Positions 19,006 to 28,406 of a DNA stretch of 43,819 nucleotides are shown here, piece by piece. The notes below the pieces were generated by a model, which was given only the letters and a program-made list of their open reading frames with translations, was not told the DNA's origin and did no database searches. The stretch comes from Frankiales bacterium (lineage in GTDB: Bacteria; Actinomycetota; Actinomycetes; Mycobacteriales; SCTD01): the NCBI GenBank assembly GCA_043732345.1, contig JAYTHS010000059.1, positions 1 to 43,819 of the forward strand, given 5' to 3'. The translations under genes and the position numbers were made by a program. Numbering within the stretch: position 1 is the first letter of the stretch; every line of letters begins with the position of its first letter.

Positions 19006-20636
19006 GGTCGCCGGACCTCCGGCTCCTCACGGTCGCGCCGGTCGGTGTCGGCCTCACGGTCGCCCTGAGCGCAGCCCGGGCGGCTCTCGCGCTGGGCCAG
19101 GCGGTGCTACTGGCGCACGTTCTCGCCCGGGGCTTCGCCGGACGGCCGGCCGCCCTGGGGCCGCCGGCCGCCGTGCTCGTCCTGCGGGTGCTCGCCGGCG
19201 CGCTGCAGGACGTCGTCAGCCGTCGCACGGCCGCCCGCGCCAAGGAGCAGCTGCGGAGCAGGGTGCTGCGCCGGGTGGCGGACCTGGGACCGCGGTGGCT
19301 GGGTGGGCAGCGCAGCGGCGAGCTGGCGACGCTGCTCGGGACGGGGACCGAGCAGCTCGACGCGTTCTTCGCGCAGTACCTCCCGCAGCTGGTCCTGGCG
19401 GTGTGCCTGCCGCTGACCGTCGTTGTCGCGCTGGTCGTCGTCGACTGGCCCAGCGCCGTGGTCGTGGGGGCCACGCTCCCGCTGCTCCCGCTGTTCCTCG
19501 CGCTCGTCGGACGGCACACCCGCACCCAGACCGCGCTGCAGTGGCGACGGCTCGCCGAGCTCGGTGGCCATTTCCTGGACGTCGTCCAGGGGCTGCCGAC
19601 ACTGCGGGTCTTCGGCCGGGCCCAGGCCCAGGTCGCCGTGCTGCGGCGCATCACCGATGAGCACCGGGTCGCGACGGTGCGGACCCTGCGGACGGCGTTC
19701 CTGTCGGCGCTGGTGCTCGAGCTCGTGGCCACCCTGTCGGTGGCCGTGCTGGCGGTGTCCGTCGGGTTCCGGCTGCTCGCGGGCGGCCTGACCCTCGAGA
19801 CCGCGCTGCTGGTCCTGCTCCTGGCCCCCGAGGCCTTCCTGCCCCTGCGGGCCGTTGGCTCGGCCTTCCACGCAGCCCTGGGCGGGGTCACCGCTGCCGG
19901 GTCCGCCTTCGAGGTGCTCGAGGCGCAGGCCGTGCTCCCCCGACGTACCGGCCGTCACGTCCCGGTCACCCGGAACCTCGTGCTCGACGGCGTGAGCGTC
20001 TGCGCCGACGGGCGCGTCTCGCTCGACGGTGTCGAGCTGCACGTCGCCGAGGGCGAGCACGTCGCGCTCCAGGGGCCCAGTGGTTCGGGGAAGTCGACGG
20101 TCCTGGCGGCCTTGCTGGGGCTGGTCGCGCCCACGCAGGGGCGGGTCCTCGTGGATGGCGTCGACCTGACCGAGATCGACCTCGACGCCTGGCGCGCGCA
20201 GATCGCGTGGGTGCCGCAGGAGCCGCACCTGTTTGCGACCAGCATCGCCGACAACGTCCGGCTCGGCCGTCTCGGAGCCAGCGACGGGCAGGTGCTCCGG
20301 GCGGCCGAGGACGCCGGCGCCCTGGCCTTCATCGACGCCCTGCCGGCCGGTCTCGACACCGTGCTGGGGGAGCACGGCGCGGGCCTGTCGCTCGGCCAGC
20401 GCCGTCGGCTGTCCCTGGCTCGCGCGTTCCTCCGGGACGCTCCGCTGCTGCTGCTCGACGAGCCGACAGCGAGCCTGGACCTCGAGACCGAGGCGCTGGT
20501 CGCCGGTGCCCTGGAGCGGCTCTGCCGGGGCCGGACCGTCGTCCTGGCCACCCACCGGGAGGGCCTGGTGACTCCCGGGCACCGGGTCGTCTCGCTGCTG
20601 GCTGGACGGTCCCACCCCGCTGGCGTGCTGCGGTGA
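19002..20636 (+). CDS. cydD: Thiol/heme ABC exporter subunit CydD
   Basis: TM domain plus ABC domain; FLDVVQGLPTLRVFGRA, LAPEAFLPLR, GPSGSGKS, LLLDEPT; GTGA overlap with cydB. Confidence 0.9.
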   Translation: MRSPDLRLLTVAPVGVGLTVALSAARAALALGQAVLLAHVLARGFAGRPAALGPPAAVLVLRVLAGALQDVVSRRTAARAKEQLRSRVLRRVADLGPRWLGGQRSGELATLLGTGTEQLDAFFAQYLPQLVLAVCLPLTVVVALVVVDWPSAVVVGATLPLLPLFLALVGRHTRTQTALQWRRLAELGGHFLDVVQGLPTLRVFGRAQAQVAVLRRITDEHRVATVRTLRTAFLSALVLELVATLSVAVLAVSVGFRLLAGGLTLETALLVLLLAPEAFLPLRAVGSAFHAALGGVTAAGSAFEVLEAQAVLPRRTGRHVPVTRNLVLDGVSVCADGRVSLDGVELHVAEGEHVALQGPSGSGKSTVLAALLGLVAPTQGRVLVDGVDLTEIDLDAWRAQIAWVPQEPHLFATSIADNVRLGRLGASDGQVLRAAEDAGALAFIDALPAGLDTVLGEHGAGLSLGQRRRLSLARAFLRDAPLLLLDEPTASLDLETEALVAGALERLCRGRTVVLATHREGLVTPGHRVVSLLAGRSHPAGVLR

Positions 20637-22267
20637 GGGAGCTCCTGGCGGGTGGCCGCGGGCGCCTCTGGACGGGCGCACTGCTGTCGGCGGCGACCTC
20701 CGGCTGCGGCATCGCGCTCATGGGCTGCGCCGCGTGGCTGCTGAGCCGAGCCGCCGAGCATCCGTCCGCCTCGGCCCTGGCCCTGGTCGCCGTCGCCGTC
20801 CGGGCCCTCGGCCTGAGCAGGGGCCTGGCGCGGTACGCCGAGCGGCTCGTCGGACACGACGCGACGCTGCGTGTCATCGCCGACCTGCGCGTCGACGTCT
20901 TCCGGGCCCTGGCCCAGAGCGGTGCACCGACCAGGACGGGCGAGGTCCTGTCGACCGTCGTCGCCGATGTCGAGGCCGTCCAGGACCTGTGGCTGCGGTG
21001 CCTCGTCCCCGCCGCGGCTGCAGCGCTCGTCACCGGCGCGACGGTGCTGGCGGTGCTGTGGTGGAGCACGGCCGCGGCGCTCGTGCTGCTGGCCGGTCTG
21101 ACCTGCGCTCTGCTGGTGGTGCCCGCCCTTGCTGCTGTCGCGGCCACTCGGGAGCACAGCCTGGCGGCGCAGCGCTCGGCGCTGCAGGTGCAGGTGCTGG
21201 ACGTGCTGCACGGCTGCGCGGAGCTCACGGTCCTGGGCGCCCTGCCGTCCGCCCTGGACGCGGTGGACCGGGCCGCGGCGGTCCTGGCCGGGGTCGACCG
21301 GCGGGCGGGACTCCGGGCAGGGGCGCTCACGGCTGTCTCCGGGGTCGTGCAGGCGGCCACCGTGCTCGGCGTGGTGGCGGTCGTGCTCCCCGCGGTACGC
21401 ACCGGGGCACTTCCGCGGGTCGATCTCGCGGTGCTCGTGCTGGTCGCCCTCGCGAGCTTTGAGCTCATGGCCCCGCTCGTCGAGGCCGGCGCGCTGCTGC
21501 CTCGAACCTGGGGCGCTCTGCAGCGACTGTCTGCTGCCCGGGCCGTCCCGGTACGGCCGCAGGTGGAAGACGTCCCCGCCGGTGGGGTCGTGCGGCTGCG
21601 GGGCGTCGAGGCGTCGTACGGCAGGGGGGCGGTGCTCCGGGACGTCGACCTGGACCTCGGGCCGGGCCGGTGCGTCGTCGTCACGGGTCCGAGCGGGTCG
21701 GGCAAGACCACGCTGCTGCAGGTGCTCTCGGGGGCGCTCGCCCCGGACCGCGGTCAGGCCCTGGTCGACGGGACCGAGGTGAGCAGCCTGGACGACGTGC
21801 AGCGCTCGCGCCACGTCGTCCTGGCCGAGCAGGAGGCCTTCCTGTTCGCGGCGACCCTGCGCGACAACCTGCGCGTCGCCCGGCCGGAGGCTGGTGACGA
21901 CGCGCTGCTTCAGGCCCTACGCGACGTCGGGCTGGACGCGTGGTTCGGTCAACTCCCCCGGGGTTGGGACACCCCGGTGGGGGAGCGCGGCTCCCAGGTG
22001 TCCGGGGGCGAGCGGACCCGGCTGTCGCTGGCCCGGGCGCTGCTGTCGGACGCGCCGGTGCTGCTCCTCGACGAGCCGACCGAGGGCCTGGACCCGGACG
22101 CCGCCGACGTGCTCCTGCGCCACCTCCTGCACGCCGCGCGTCACCGCGCCGTGCTGCTGGTCACGCACCGACCCGTCCCCCTGGACGACGTCGACGAGGA
22201 GCTGCAGCTCGTCGACGGCCGGTGGGCCCCATCCCCGGCCCCGGTGCGTGCCGCCGGGAGGGCGTGA
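20633..22267 (+). CDS. cydC: Thiol/heme ABC exporter subunit CydC
   Basis: RYAERLVGHDATLR, GPSGSGKT, VSGGERTR, LLLDEPTEGLD; GTGA overlap with cydD. Confidence 0.9.
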   Translation: MRELLAGGRGRLWTGALLSAATSGCGIALMGCAAWLLSRAAEHPSASALALVAVAVRALGLSRGLARYAERLVGHDATLRVIADLRVDVFRALAQSGAPTRTGEVLSTVVADVEAVQDLWLRCLVPAAAAALVTGATVLAVLWWSTAAALVLLAGLTCALLVVPALAAVAATREHSLAAQRSALQVQVLDVLHGCAELTVLGALPSALDAVDRAAAVLAGVDRRAGLRAGALTAVSGVVQAATVLGVVAVVLPAVRTGALPRVDLAVLVLVALASFELMAPLVEAGALLPRTWGALQRLSAARAVPVRPQVEDVPAGGVVRLRGVEASYGRGAVLRDVDLDLGPGRCVVVTGPSGSGKTTLLQVLSGALAPDRGQALVDGTEVSSLDDVQRSRHVVLAEQEAFLFAATLRDNLRVARPEAGDDALLQALRDVGLDAWFGQLPRGWDTPVGERGSQVSGGERTRLSLARALLSDAPVLLLDEPTEGLDPDAADVLLRHLLHAARHRAVLLVTHRPVPLDDVDEELQLVDGRWAPSPAPVRAAGRA

Positions 22268-22269
22268 GG

Positions 22270-23274
22270 TCAGCGGGTCCCCTCGAGGCGCCCGGTGGTG
22301 GGGGCGCCGGTGCCGAGCCCGAGGCGCAGGACGACCTGTGGGTGGTCCAGCTGCACGACCCGTCCCAACTCGCGGCGCAGCTCCGGTACGTGCAGGGCGG
22401 CGTTGCGGTAGGAGGCGGCGAGCCCCAGGGCCGTCGCGCGGAGCAGCAGCCGCTGCATGCCGGCGCCGGCGCGCAGCAGCGACGGCCGGTCGTCCTTCGG
22501 CGAGCCGAGGACCACGACGGTGGCAGGCTGCTCCGCGGCGTACCGGGCGTCCTCGTCGGTGAGGGTGCGCGAGCGGTGGTGCCGGAGCAGGGTCGGCTCG
22601 AGCCAGGACTGCAGCATCCCTAGGTCGTGGGCCTGCCCAGGCACCCCGTCCGGGGGTCCGGTGCGGGGCCGCGTCCAGGCGGCGACCTCGCGCTGCACCC
22701 CGTCGTCGGAGCGCACCTGCTGCACCGCGCGCAGGGACAGCACGGAAAGCTCCTGCTGCTCGCGAGAGTCCAGCACGCAGACCAGGGCTCCTTCCCGGGC
22801 GGCCTCAGCGCACAGGTGGTCCAGCAGCGGCACGGTGACCGTGCCGGCCTCGAACGCGGCGCGGTGGGTCGCACGGCGGTAGATCGCGAGCCGCAGGTCA
22901 CGGTCGACCTCGCGTCCGCGGCCCGGCGCGACCGCCACCCTGGCCAGCAGGTCCAGCTGCTCGGCGTCGCTGACCACCTCGACCTGGGACACCAGACCGA
23001 CGGCGACCAGCGCCAGGCGCAGGTTGAGCAGCCAGGCGCCACAGGCCAGCACCGCCTCGCGGTCGTCAGGGTCGACGTGCGGGAGCCGTCGGCTCCGGTC
23101 CAGCCCGAGCTCGACGATGGCCGTCCCGTCGTCGTGCAGGTGGACCGTGTGCCACCAGGGCTGGCTGTTGAGCTCGCTCGGGGCCCGACCGGCATGGCCG
23201 AGCGCCCAGTCCAGTGACGACCCCAGGCCCGCCTCGGGCGCGAGCTGCGGCTCTGTCAGGGCGCGCCGCGTCAT
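22270..23274 (-). CDS. Acg-family FMN-binding nitroreductase-like protein
   Basis: RAPSELNSQPW, DPDDREAVLACGA, IYRRATHR, AGAGMQRLLLRAT, PQVVLRLG. Confidence 0.82.
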   Translation of the reverse strand: MTRRALTEPQLAPEAGLGSSLDWALGHAGRAPSELNSQPWWHTVHLHDDGTAIVELGLDRSRRLPHVDPDDREAVLACGAWLLNLRLALVAVGLVSQVEVVSDAEQLDLLARVAVAPGRGREVDRDLRLAIYRRATHRAAFEAGTVTVPLLDHLCAEAAREGALVCVLDSREQQELSVLSLRAVQQVRSDDGVQREVAAWTRPRTGPPDGVPGQAHDLGMLQSWLEPTLLRHHRSRTLTDEDARYAAEQPATVVVLGSPKDDRPSLLRAGAGMQRLLLRATALGLAASYRNAALHVPELRRELGRVVQLDHPQVVLRLGLGTGAPTTGRLEGTR

Positions 23275-23348
23275 CGGTGCACCGCCCGGCCGGGTGCCAC
23301 CTCGGCGAGGTGGGCCGTGGGAGGCGGGACGCTGCGGACGGTGCTCAT
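23271..23348 (-). CDS. Possible 25-aa leader peptide coupled to the Acg gene
   Basis: AGAGAGG RBS, ATG at 23348, stop overlaps the Acg start (ATGA). Confidence 0.35.
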   Translation of the reverse strand: MSTVRSVPPPTAHLAEVAPGRAVHR

Positions 23349-23408
23349 GGGGGCCTCTCTTCGTGGGGCCGGTGAGGTCCAGGACACCGCACCCCTGACG
23401 ACGCGCGA

Positions 23409-23426
23409 CAGAGTCGGAGGTCCCGG
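23409..23426 (-). promoter_or_regulatory. DosR/DevR-like box upstream of the Acg gene
   Basis: Minus strand CCGGGACCTCCGACTCTG, 16/18 identical to the cydA box. Confidence 0.6.
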
Positions 23427-23536
23427 AATTCGTGTGTGTGAAGGTTCATCCGTGGGGTCTTGACGCCACAGCAGGGCGGGGGAGGAAGGTGGTCGAGAAG
23501 CGGGCGACACACCCGCAGCGACATCAGGAGGACATC

Positions 23537-23809
23537 GTGCTGGCCGTCAGCAAGAGTGCTGCCGTCGTCATTCAGGACCTGCTGACCAGCGCCCGGTTGC
23601 CCGCGGGATCCGGCCTCCGGCTGGCTCAGCGTGATGACCACACCGCCCTGGCGATGACCATGTGTGCAGGCCCCGGCCACGAGGACGTCGTCGTGGTCGA
23701 GCACGAGGTAGCCGTCTTCCTCGGCCCGGTGGCGGCGCAGCGGACGATGGACCAGACGCTGGAGGCCACGAGCTCGACGACCGGCAGGTCGTTCTACCTG
23801 CGAGCTTGA
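23537..23809 (+). CDS. Small HesB/IscA-like protein lacking the canonical Cys motif
   Basis: AGGAGG RBS; MLAVSKSAAVVI...GLRL...EDVVV...VFL...QTLEA pattern of actinobacterial HesB-like proteins. Confidence 0.6.
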   Translation: MLAVSKSAAVVIQDLLTSARLPAGSGLRLAQRDDHTALAMTMCAGPGHEDVVVVEHEVAVFLGPVAAQRTMDQTLEATSSTTGRSFYLRA

Positions 23810-23882
23810 GCGGCAGTCGGTGTGCAGCACGGCGTCGTTCGGGGCAGGGTCGAGGGTGGCACCCACTGATGAAGGAGAACCC

Positions 23883-24629
23883 GTGGCACAGCAGTTGCAG
23901 GGCAAGGTCGCGCTCGTCACCGGCGCGTCGAGCGGTATCGGGGAGGCGACGGCGGTCGCTCTGGCGGCCGAGGGCGCAGCGGTCGCCATCGCGGCCCGGC
24001 GCGTCGACCGCCTCGACACCCTCAAGGCGAAGCTGGAGGCCGAAGGCGCTCGCGTCGTCGCCGTCGAGCTCGACGTCACCGACGAGGCCGCGTGCCGGGC
24101 CGCCGTCGAGCGGACGGTGCAGGAGCTCGGCGGTCTGGACATCGTCATCAACAACGCCGGCGTCATGCTGCTCGGACCGATCGAGGGGGCGGACACGCAG
24201 GACTGGCGCCGGATGGTCGAGACCAACGTCCTCGGCCTGATGTACGTCACGCACGCAGCCCTGCCGCACCTGCTCGAGCGCGGCGGCGACGTCGTGCAGG
24301 TCAGCAGCGTCGCGGGCCGGGTCGCCCGAGCCGGCTCGGGTGTCTACAACGCGAGCAAGTTCGCCGTCGGGGCCTTCAGTGAGTCGCTGCGCCAGGAGGT
24401 GACGACCCGCGGGGTGCGGGTGACCCTCGTCGAGCCTGGAGCGGTGGCGACCGAGCTGCAGAGCCACATCACCCACGCCGACACCAAGGCCGGTATCGAG
24501 AAGTGGATCGCAGGTATGCGGCCGCTGCAGTCCGACGACATCGCACGCGCCGTGGTGTACGTCGTGACCCAGCCTGCGCACGTCAGCGTCAACGAGCTCA
24601 CGATCCGCCCGACCGACCAGGACCGGTAG
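23883..24629 (+). CDS. Short-chain dehydrogenase (YdfG-like)
   Basis: TGASSGIG, NNAG, YNASK; AAGGAG RBS. Confidence 0.9.
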   Translation: MAQQLQGKVALVTGASSGIGEATAVALAAEGAAVAIAARRVDRLDTLKAKLEAEGARVVAVELDVTDEAACRAAVERTVQELGGLDIVINNAGVMLLGPIEGADTQDWRRMVETNVLGLMYVTHAALPHLLERGGDVVQVSSVAGRVARAGSGVYNASKFAVGAFSESLRQEVTTRGVRVTLVEPGAVATELQSHITHADTKAGIEKWIAGMRPLQSDDIARAVVYVVTQPAHVSVNELTIRPTDQDR

Positions 24630-24712
24630 GCCCCCTGAGACGAAACTGACGGCCGGGACGTCGGACGTCTCCCTGTTGAACTGCACCAGCGTCGGGTCAG
24701 ACCGCCGGAACC

Positions 24713-24855
24713 GCACGGCGCCGTCGCGGGGTTGCCTCGTGTGTGACCTTGGCCTGCAGGGCGTTGCCCGTGGCGCGTCCGGTGGCGCCGGAGGAGCGCC
24801 GAGGTCGGATGATCTTGGCCGAACGGGCTGCCGGGGCGTCGGCGGCGACAACCCC
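24713..24855 (+). pseudogene. Possible remnant of a small serine resolvase
   Basis: Frameshifted pieces ARRRRGVA/LVCDLGL and RP...ILAERAAGAS recall resolvase core and HTH segments; weak. Confidence 0.3.
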
Positions 24856-24913
24856 TGAGCGGAAGCGATCACCGGGACACCCACGGAGCACCTCGCCGTG
24901 CTTCCATGCGTCC

Positions 24914-26320
24914 ATGACGGTGCGCACCGGCCGGGTCGGGGGCCACAGCTTCACCTTCGCCGACCTGCGCACGCTGCTGGCCCGGGCGACACCGCTGCGC
25001 TCCGGCGACGTCCTGGCGGGGGTCGCGGCGCAGTCTCAGACCGAGCGGGTCGCGGCCCAGCGGGCACTGGCCGAGGTACCGCTGTCGGCGTTCCTGGAGG
25101 AGCTCGTCGTGCCGTACGACGACGACGACGTCACGCGGCTGATCATCGACAGCCACGATCCGGTGGCGATGGCGACCGTCGCGGCGATGACCGTCGGCGA
25201 GCTGCGGGACTGGCTGCTGTCCGACGCCGCCGACGCGTCGTCGCTGTCGGCCCTGGCGCCCGGACTCATGCCGGAGATGGCGGCAGCAGTCAGCAAGCTG
25301 ATGCGCAACCAGGACCTGGTCGCCGTGGCCCGCCGGTGCGAGGTCGTCACGGCGTTCCGGACCACGATCGGACTGCCCGGCCGGCTGGCCAGCCGGCTGC
25401 AGCCCAACTCCCCGACCGACGACCCGCGGGAGGTCCTGGCCAGCACCCTGGACGGGCTGCTGCTCGGCTGCGGTGACGCCGTCGTGGGCATCAACCCCGC
25501 GACCGACGACCCCGGCGCGACCTCGGACCTGCTGCACCTGCTCGACGACGTCCGCCAGCGCTACGAGATCCCCGTGCAGACGTGCGTGCTCTCGCACGTG
25601 ACGACAACCCTGGACGTCCTGGAGCGCGGCGCCCCCGTCGACCTGGTCTTCCAGTCGGTGGCCGGGACCCAGGGCGCCAACCGCGGCTTCGGCATCACGC
25701 TGGACCTGCTCGCGGAGGCCCGCAATGCGGCCCGCTCGCTGGAGAGGGGCACCGTCGGGAACCAGGTCATGTACTTCGAGACCGGCCAGGGCAGCGCCCT
25801 GTCCGCCGACGCCCACCACGGCGTCGACCAGCAGACCCTCGAGGCCCGGGCGTACGGCGTGGCCCGCGCCTTCGACCCGCTGCTGGTCAACACGGTCGTC
25901 GGGTTCATCGGCCCGGAGTACCTCTACGACGGCCGGCAGATCCTGCGGGCCGGGCTCGAGGACCACTTCTGCGGCTCGCTGCTGGGCCTGCCGATGGGTG
26001 TCGACGTCTGCTACACCAACCACGCCGAGGCCGGCCCCGACGACATGGACACCCTGCTGACGATGCTCGGGGTCGCCGGCTGCTCGTTCGTCATCGCCGT
26101 CCCGGGTTCGGACGACGTCATGCTCGGTTACCAGAGCCTGGCCTTCCACGACGTGCTCTACGCCCGACGTGTGCTCGGACTGCGCCCCGCACCGGAGTTC
26201 GAGGCCTGGCTGCAGGGAGTCGGGCTGCTCGACGAGGACGGCCGGGTACCGAGCATCGCGCCGCACGACTCGCACCTGTCGGGCCTCGGCAGCTCGGTGC
26301 TCAAGGAGCTCGGGCGATGA
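24914..26320 (+). CDS. eutB: Ethanolamine ammonia-lyase large subunit
   Basis: ATPLRSGDVLAG, PEMAAAVSKLMRNQDL, RLQPN, YFETGQGSALS, VNTVVGFIGPEYLYDG, DVCYTNH. Confidence 0.95.
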   Translation: MTVRTGRVGGHSFTFADLRTLLARATPLRSGDVLAGVAAQSQTERVAAQRALAEVPLSAFLEELVVPYDDDDVTRLIIDSHDPVAMATVAAMTVGELRDWLLSDAADASSLSALAPGLMPEMAAAVSKLMRNQDLVAVARRCEVVTAFRTTIGLPGRLASRLQPNSPTDDPREVLASTLDGLLLGCGDAVVGINPATDDPGATSDLLHLLDDVRQRYEIPVQTCVLSHVTTTLDVLERGAPVDLVFQSVAGTQGANRGFGITLDLLAEARNAARSLERGTVGNQVMYFETGQGSALSADAHHGVDQQTLEARAYGVARAFDPLLVNTVVGFIGPEYLYDGRQILRAGLEDHFCGSLLGLPMGVDVCYTNHAEAGPDDMDTLLTMLGVAGCSFVIAVPGSDDVMLGYQSLAFHDVLYARRVLGLRPAPEFEAWLQGVGLLDEDGRVPSIAPHDSHLSGLGSSVLKELGR

Positions 26321-27048
26321 CGCGCGAGCCCGCGGACCCCTGGGCACTGCTGCGGACCGCCACCCGGGCCCGCATCGGGCTGCCCCGCACCGGAGACGCG
26401 CTGAGCACCGCGGCGGTGCTGGAGCTCGCCGGCGACCACGCCCTGGCCCGCGACGCCGTCCACGACCTACTGGACCCCGGGGCCCTGCGCCCCCACCTAG
26501 ACGGCCTGCCCGTCGTCGAGGTCGCCAGTGCCGCCCCCGACCGGGCCACCTTCCTCCAACGACCCGACCTCGGACGGCGGCTCGCCCCCGCCAGTCGCGA
26601 GCTACTCCAGCACGGGCCGTACGACGTCGCCTTCGTCCTCGCCGACGGGCTCTCCGCGCGAGCAGTCCACGCCCACGCCGTACCGACCCTGCGCGCGACG
26701 CTCGAGCACCTGGCTGGTTGGTCTATCGGGCCGGTGGTCGTGGCGACGCAGGCCAGGGTGGCTCTGGGCGACGAGGTGGGGGAGCTGCTCGGTGCCCGCT
26801 GCGTCGTGGTCCTCATCGGGGAGCGTCCAGGGCTCAGCGCACCGGACAGCCTCGGGGCCTACCTGACGTGGGGACCGCGACCGGGGCGGCGCGACAGCGA
26901 GCGCAACTGCCTGTCCAACATCCGGCCGCCGCAGGGGCAGGCCGTCGAGAAGGCCGCCCAGACGCTCGCGCTGCTGCTCGGCGAGGCCCGCCGTCGCGAG
27001 CTGTCCGGGGTCGACCTCAAGGACGACTTCGGACAGCTCGAGGCGTGA
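26317..27048 (+). CDS. eutC: Ethanolamine ammonia-lyase small subunit
   Basis: ARIGL, HALARDAVH, RPDLGRRL, ADGLS, IGERPGLS, DSERNCLSNI; ATGA overlap with eutB. Confidence 0.95.
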   Translation: MTREPADPWALLRTATRARIGLPRTGDALSTAAVLELAGDHALARDAVHDLLDPGALRPHLDGLPVVEVASAAPDRATFLQRPDLGRRLAPASRELLQHGPYDVAFVLADGLSARAVHAHAVPTLRATLEHLAGWSIGPVVVATQARVALGDEVGELLGARCVVVLIGERPGLSAPDSLGAYLTWGPRPGRRDSERNCLSNIRPPQGQAVEKAAQTLALLLGEARRRELSGVDLKDDFGQLEA

Positions 27049-27053
27049 GGCTC

Positions 27054-27362
27054 ATGGGGGGCTCGGTCGTGGACACCCATGACGTGGGCAATGAGGCCGT
27101 CCCAGCTCGCGTGCCTGTTTCAGCCCTCGAGCGGGGGCGGTTGCTCTCCACGCTCGACGTGGATGGCCAGGTCTTCGACGTTCGTCGTCATGGCGGCGGG
27201 ACGGACAACACCTGGGTCAACGGCCCCAACGAGAACGACGGCTTCTCCACGAGCGGTGGCCGGGACGCGCTGGTGGAGCACCGCGAGGAACAGTGGTACC
27301 GCGAGAGCATCAGGGACTTCCTCGCCATGGTTGACCCAGCCACCGGCCATATCAAGGACTGA
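27054..27362 (+). CDS. Small actinobacterial hypothetical protein
   Basis: 102-aa ORF with LDVDGQVFDV...WVNGPN..GF...IRDFLAMVDPATG, a pattern I recall from conserved hypotheticals; start uncertain. Confidence 0.55.
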   Translation: MGGSVVDTHDVGNEAVPARVPVSALERGRLLSTLDVDGQVFDVRRHGGGTDNTWVNGPNENDGFSTSGGRDALVEHREEQWYRESIRDFLAMVDPATGHIKD

Positions 27363-27579
27363 GTCCAGGGCGGTGCGCAGCGCGGGTCGGCAGGCAGCCT
27401 GGGATCGCTCCTGGGACTGAGGTGGTGTGCCGGGGAGGTGCACCGGGAGCCTGCTCTCACCGCCCCGTGCGGAACCAGTGACATGCCCGTACGGTCGGTT
27501 CTCGTCAGGGACAGCGCTCTACCGTGACGCGACCGCCGTCCAACGTCCCGTCCACTGCCTCCGAGGAGCAACCAGAACC

Positions 27580-28218
27580 ATGACCAGCCCCCGCCGCGCG
27601 CTCGTCCTCATCGACGTGCAGAACGAGTACTTCGACGGTCCGCTCGAGATCCAGTACCCGCCCCACGCGCAGTCGCTGCCGAACATCACCGCCGCGATCG
27701 ACGCTGCCATCGCCGCTGACCTGCCGATCGTCGTCGTCCAGCACACCTCGGGCAGCGATGCGCCCGTCTTCAACCCTGACCGTCCAGGCTTCGCGCTGCA
27801 CCCGGACGTCCAGAGCCGACGCACCGACGCGTGGCACTCGATCACCAAGGAGTTCGGCAGCGTCTTCGCCGGAACCGACCTGCACGACTGGCTCCGCGAG
27901 CGGGACATCGACACCGTCACCTTCGTCGGGTACATGACCAACAACTGCGTCCTTGCCTCAGCCGCCTCAGCGGACGACCAGGGCCTGTTCGCCGAGGTTC
28001 TGTCCGACGCCACCGGCGCCATCAACATCGCCAATGACGCCGGGTACGCCGATGCGCAGGCCGTCCACACGACGCTCATGACACTGATCCACTCCAACTT
28101 CGCCTCCGTCAGCAGCACCACCAGGTGGACCGAGGCGCTGCAGGCCGGCACGCCGCTGCCCAAGAGCGACCTCGTCACCTCGGCGATGACCGGAGCCCAG
28201 CGCGCCCAGCACTCCTGA
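27580..28218 (+). CDS. Isochorismatase-family cysteine hydrolase
   Basis: ALVLIDVQNEY, catalytic Lys (ITK), GYMTNNCV, LSDATG; GAGGAG RBS. Confidence 0.88.
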   Translation: MTSPRRALVLIDVQNEYFDGPLEIQYPPHAQSLPNITAAIDAAIAADLPIVVVQHTSGSDAPVFNPDRPGFALHPDVQSRRTDAWHSITKEFGSVFAGTDLHDWLRERDIDTVTFVGYMTNNCVLASAASADDQGLFAEVLSDATGAINIANDAGYADAQAVHTTLMTLIHSNFASVSSTTRWTEALQAGTPLPKSDLVTSAMTGAQRAQHS

Positions 28219-28258
28219 TCGCTGCGCTGCCCATGACGGTCTGCTGCCTGACTCAGCC

Positions 28259-28406
28259 GAGTTCGGCAGCACGTCCCCAAACGTGGCGGACAACTGCTGA
28301 GACGTCTGTCTGGAAGCCGGCTTGCCGGCGCCGACAGGCCAACCCGGCCCCGGCACCCTCTCGACGGCTCGACGTGGCCCCTCCATCCGGGCCTGCTGCC
28401 GAACTC
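28259..28406. mobile_element. 148-bp MITE-like segment with perfect 13-bp terminal inverted repeats
   Basis: GAGTTCGGCAGCA (28259-28271) and TGCTGCCGAACTC (28394-28406) bracket non-coding DNA between convergent genes. Confidence 0.4.

Noticed and set aside
17428-22267. Extended cydB/cydD/cydC ORFs and antisense ORFs
   Set aside because: Shadow frames typical of high-GC DNA; the coupled GTG starts give normal-length proteins.
23435-23450. Rex-like TGTGAAGGTTCAT
   Set aside because: The spacer is too short and the right arm is incomplete.
24630-24913. Cobalamin riboswitch before eutB
   Set aside because: I could not find the conserved B12-box or core motifs.
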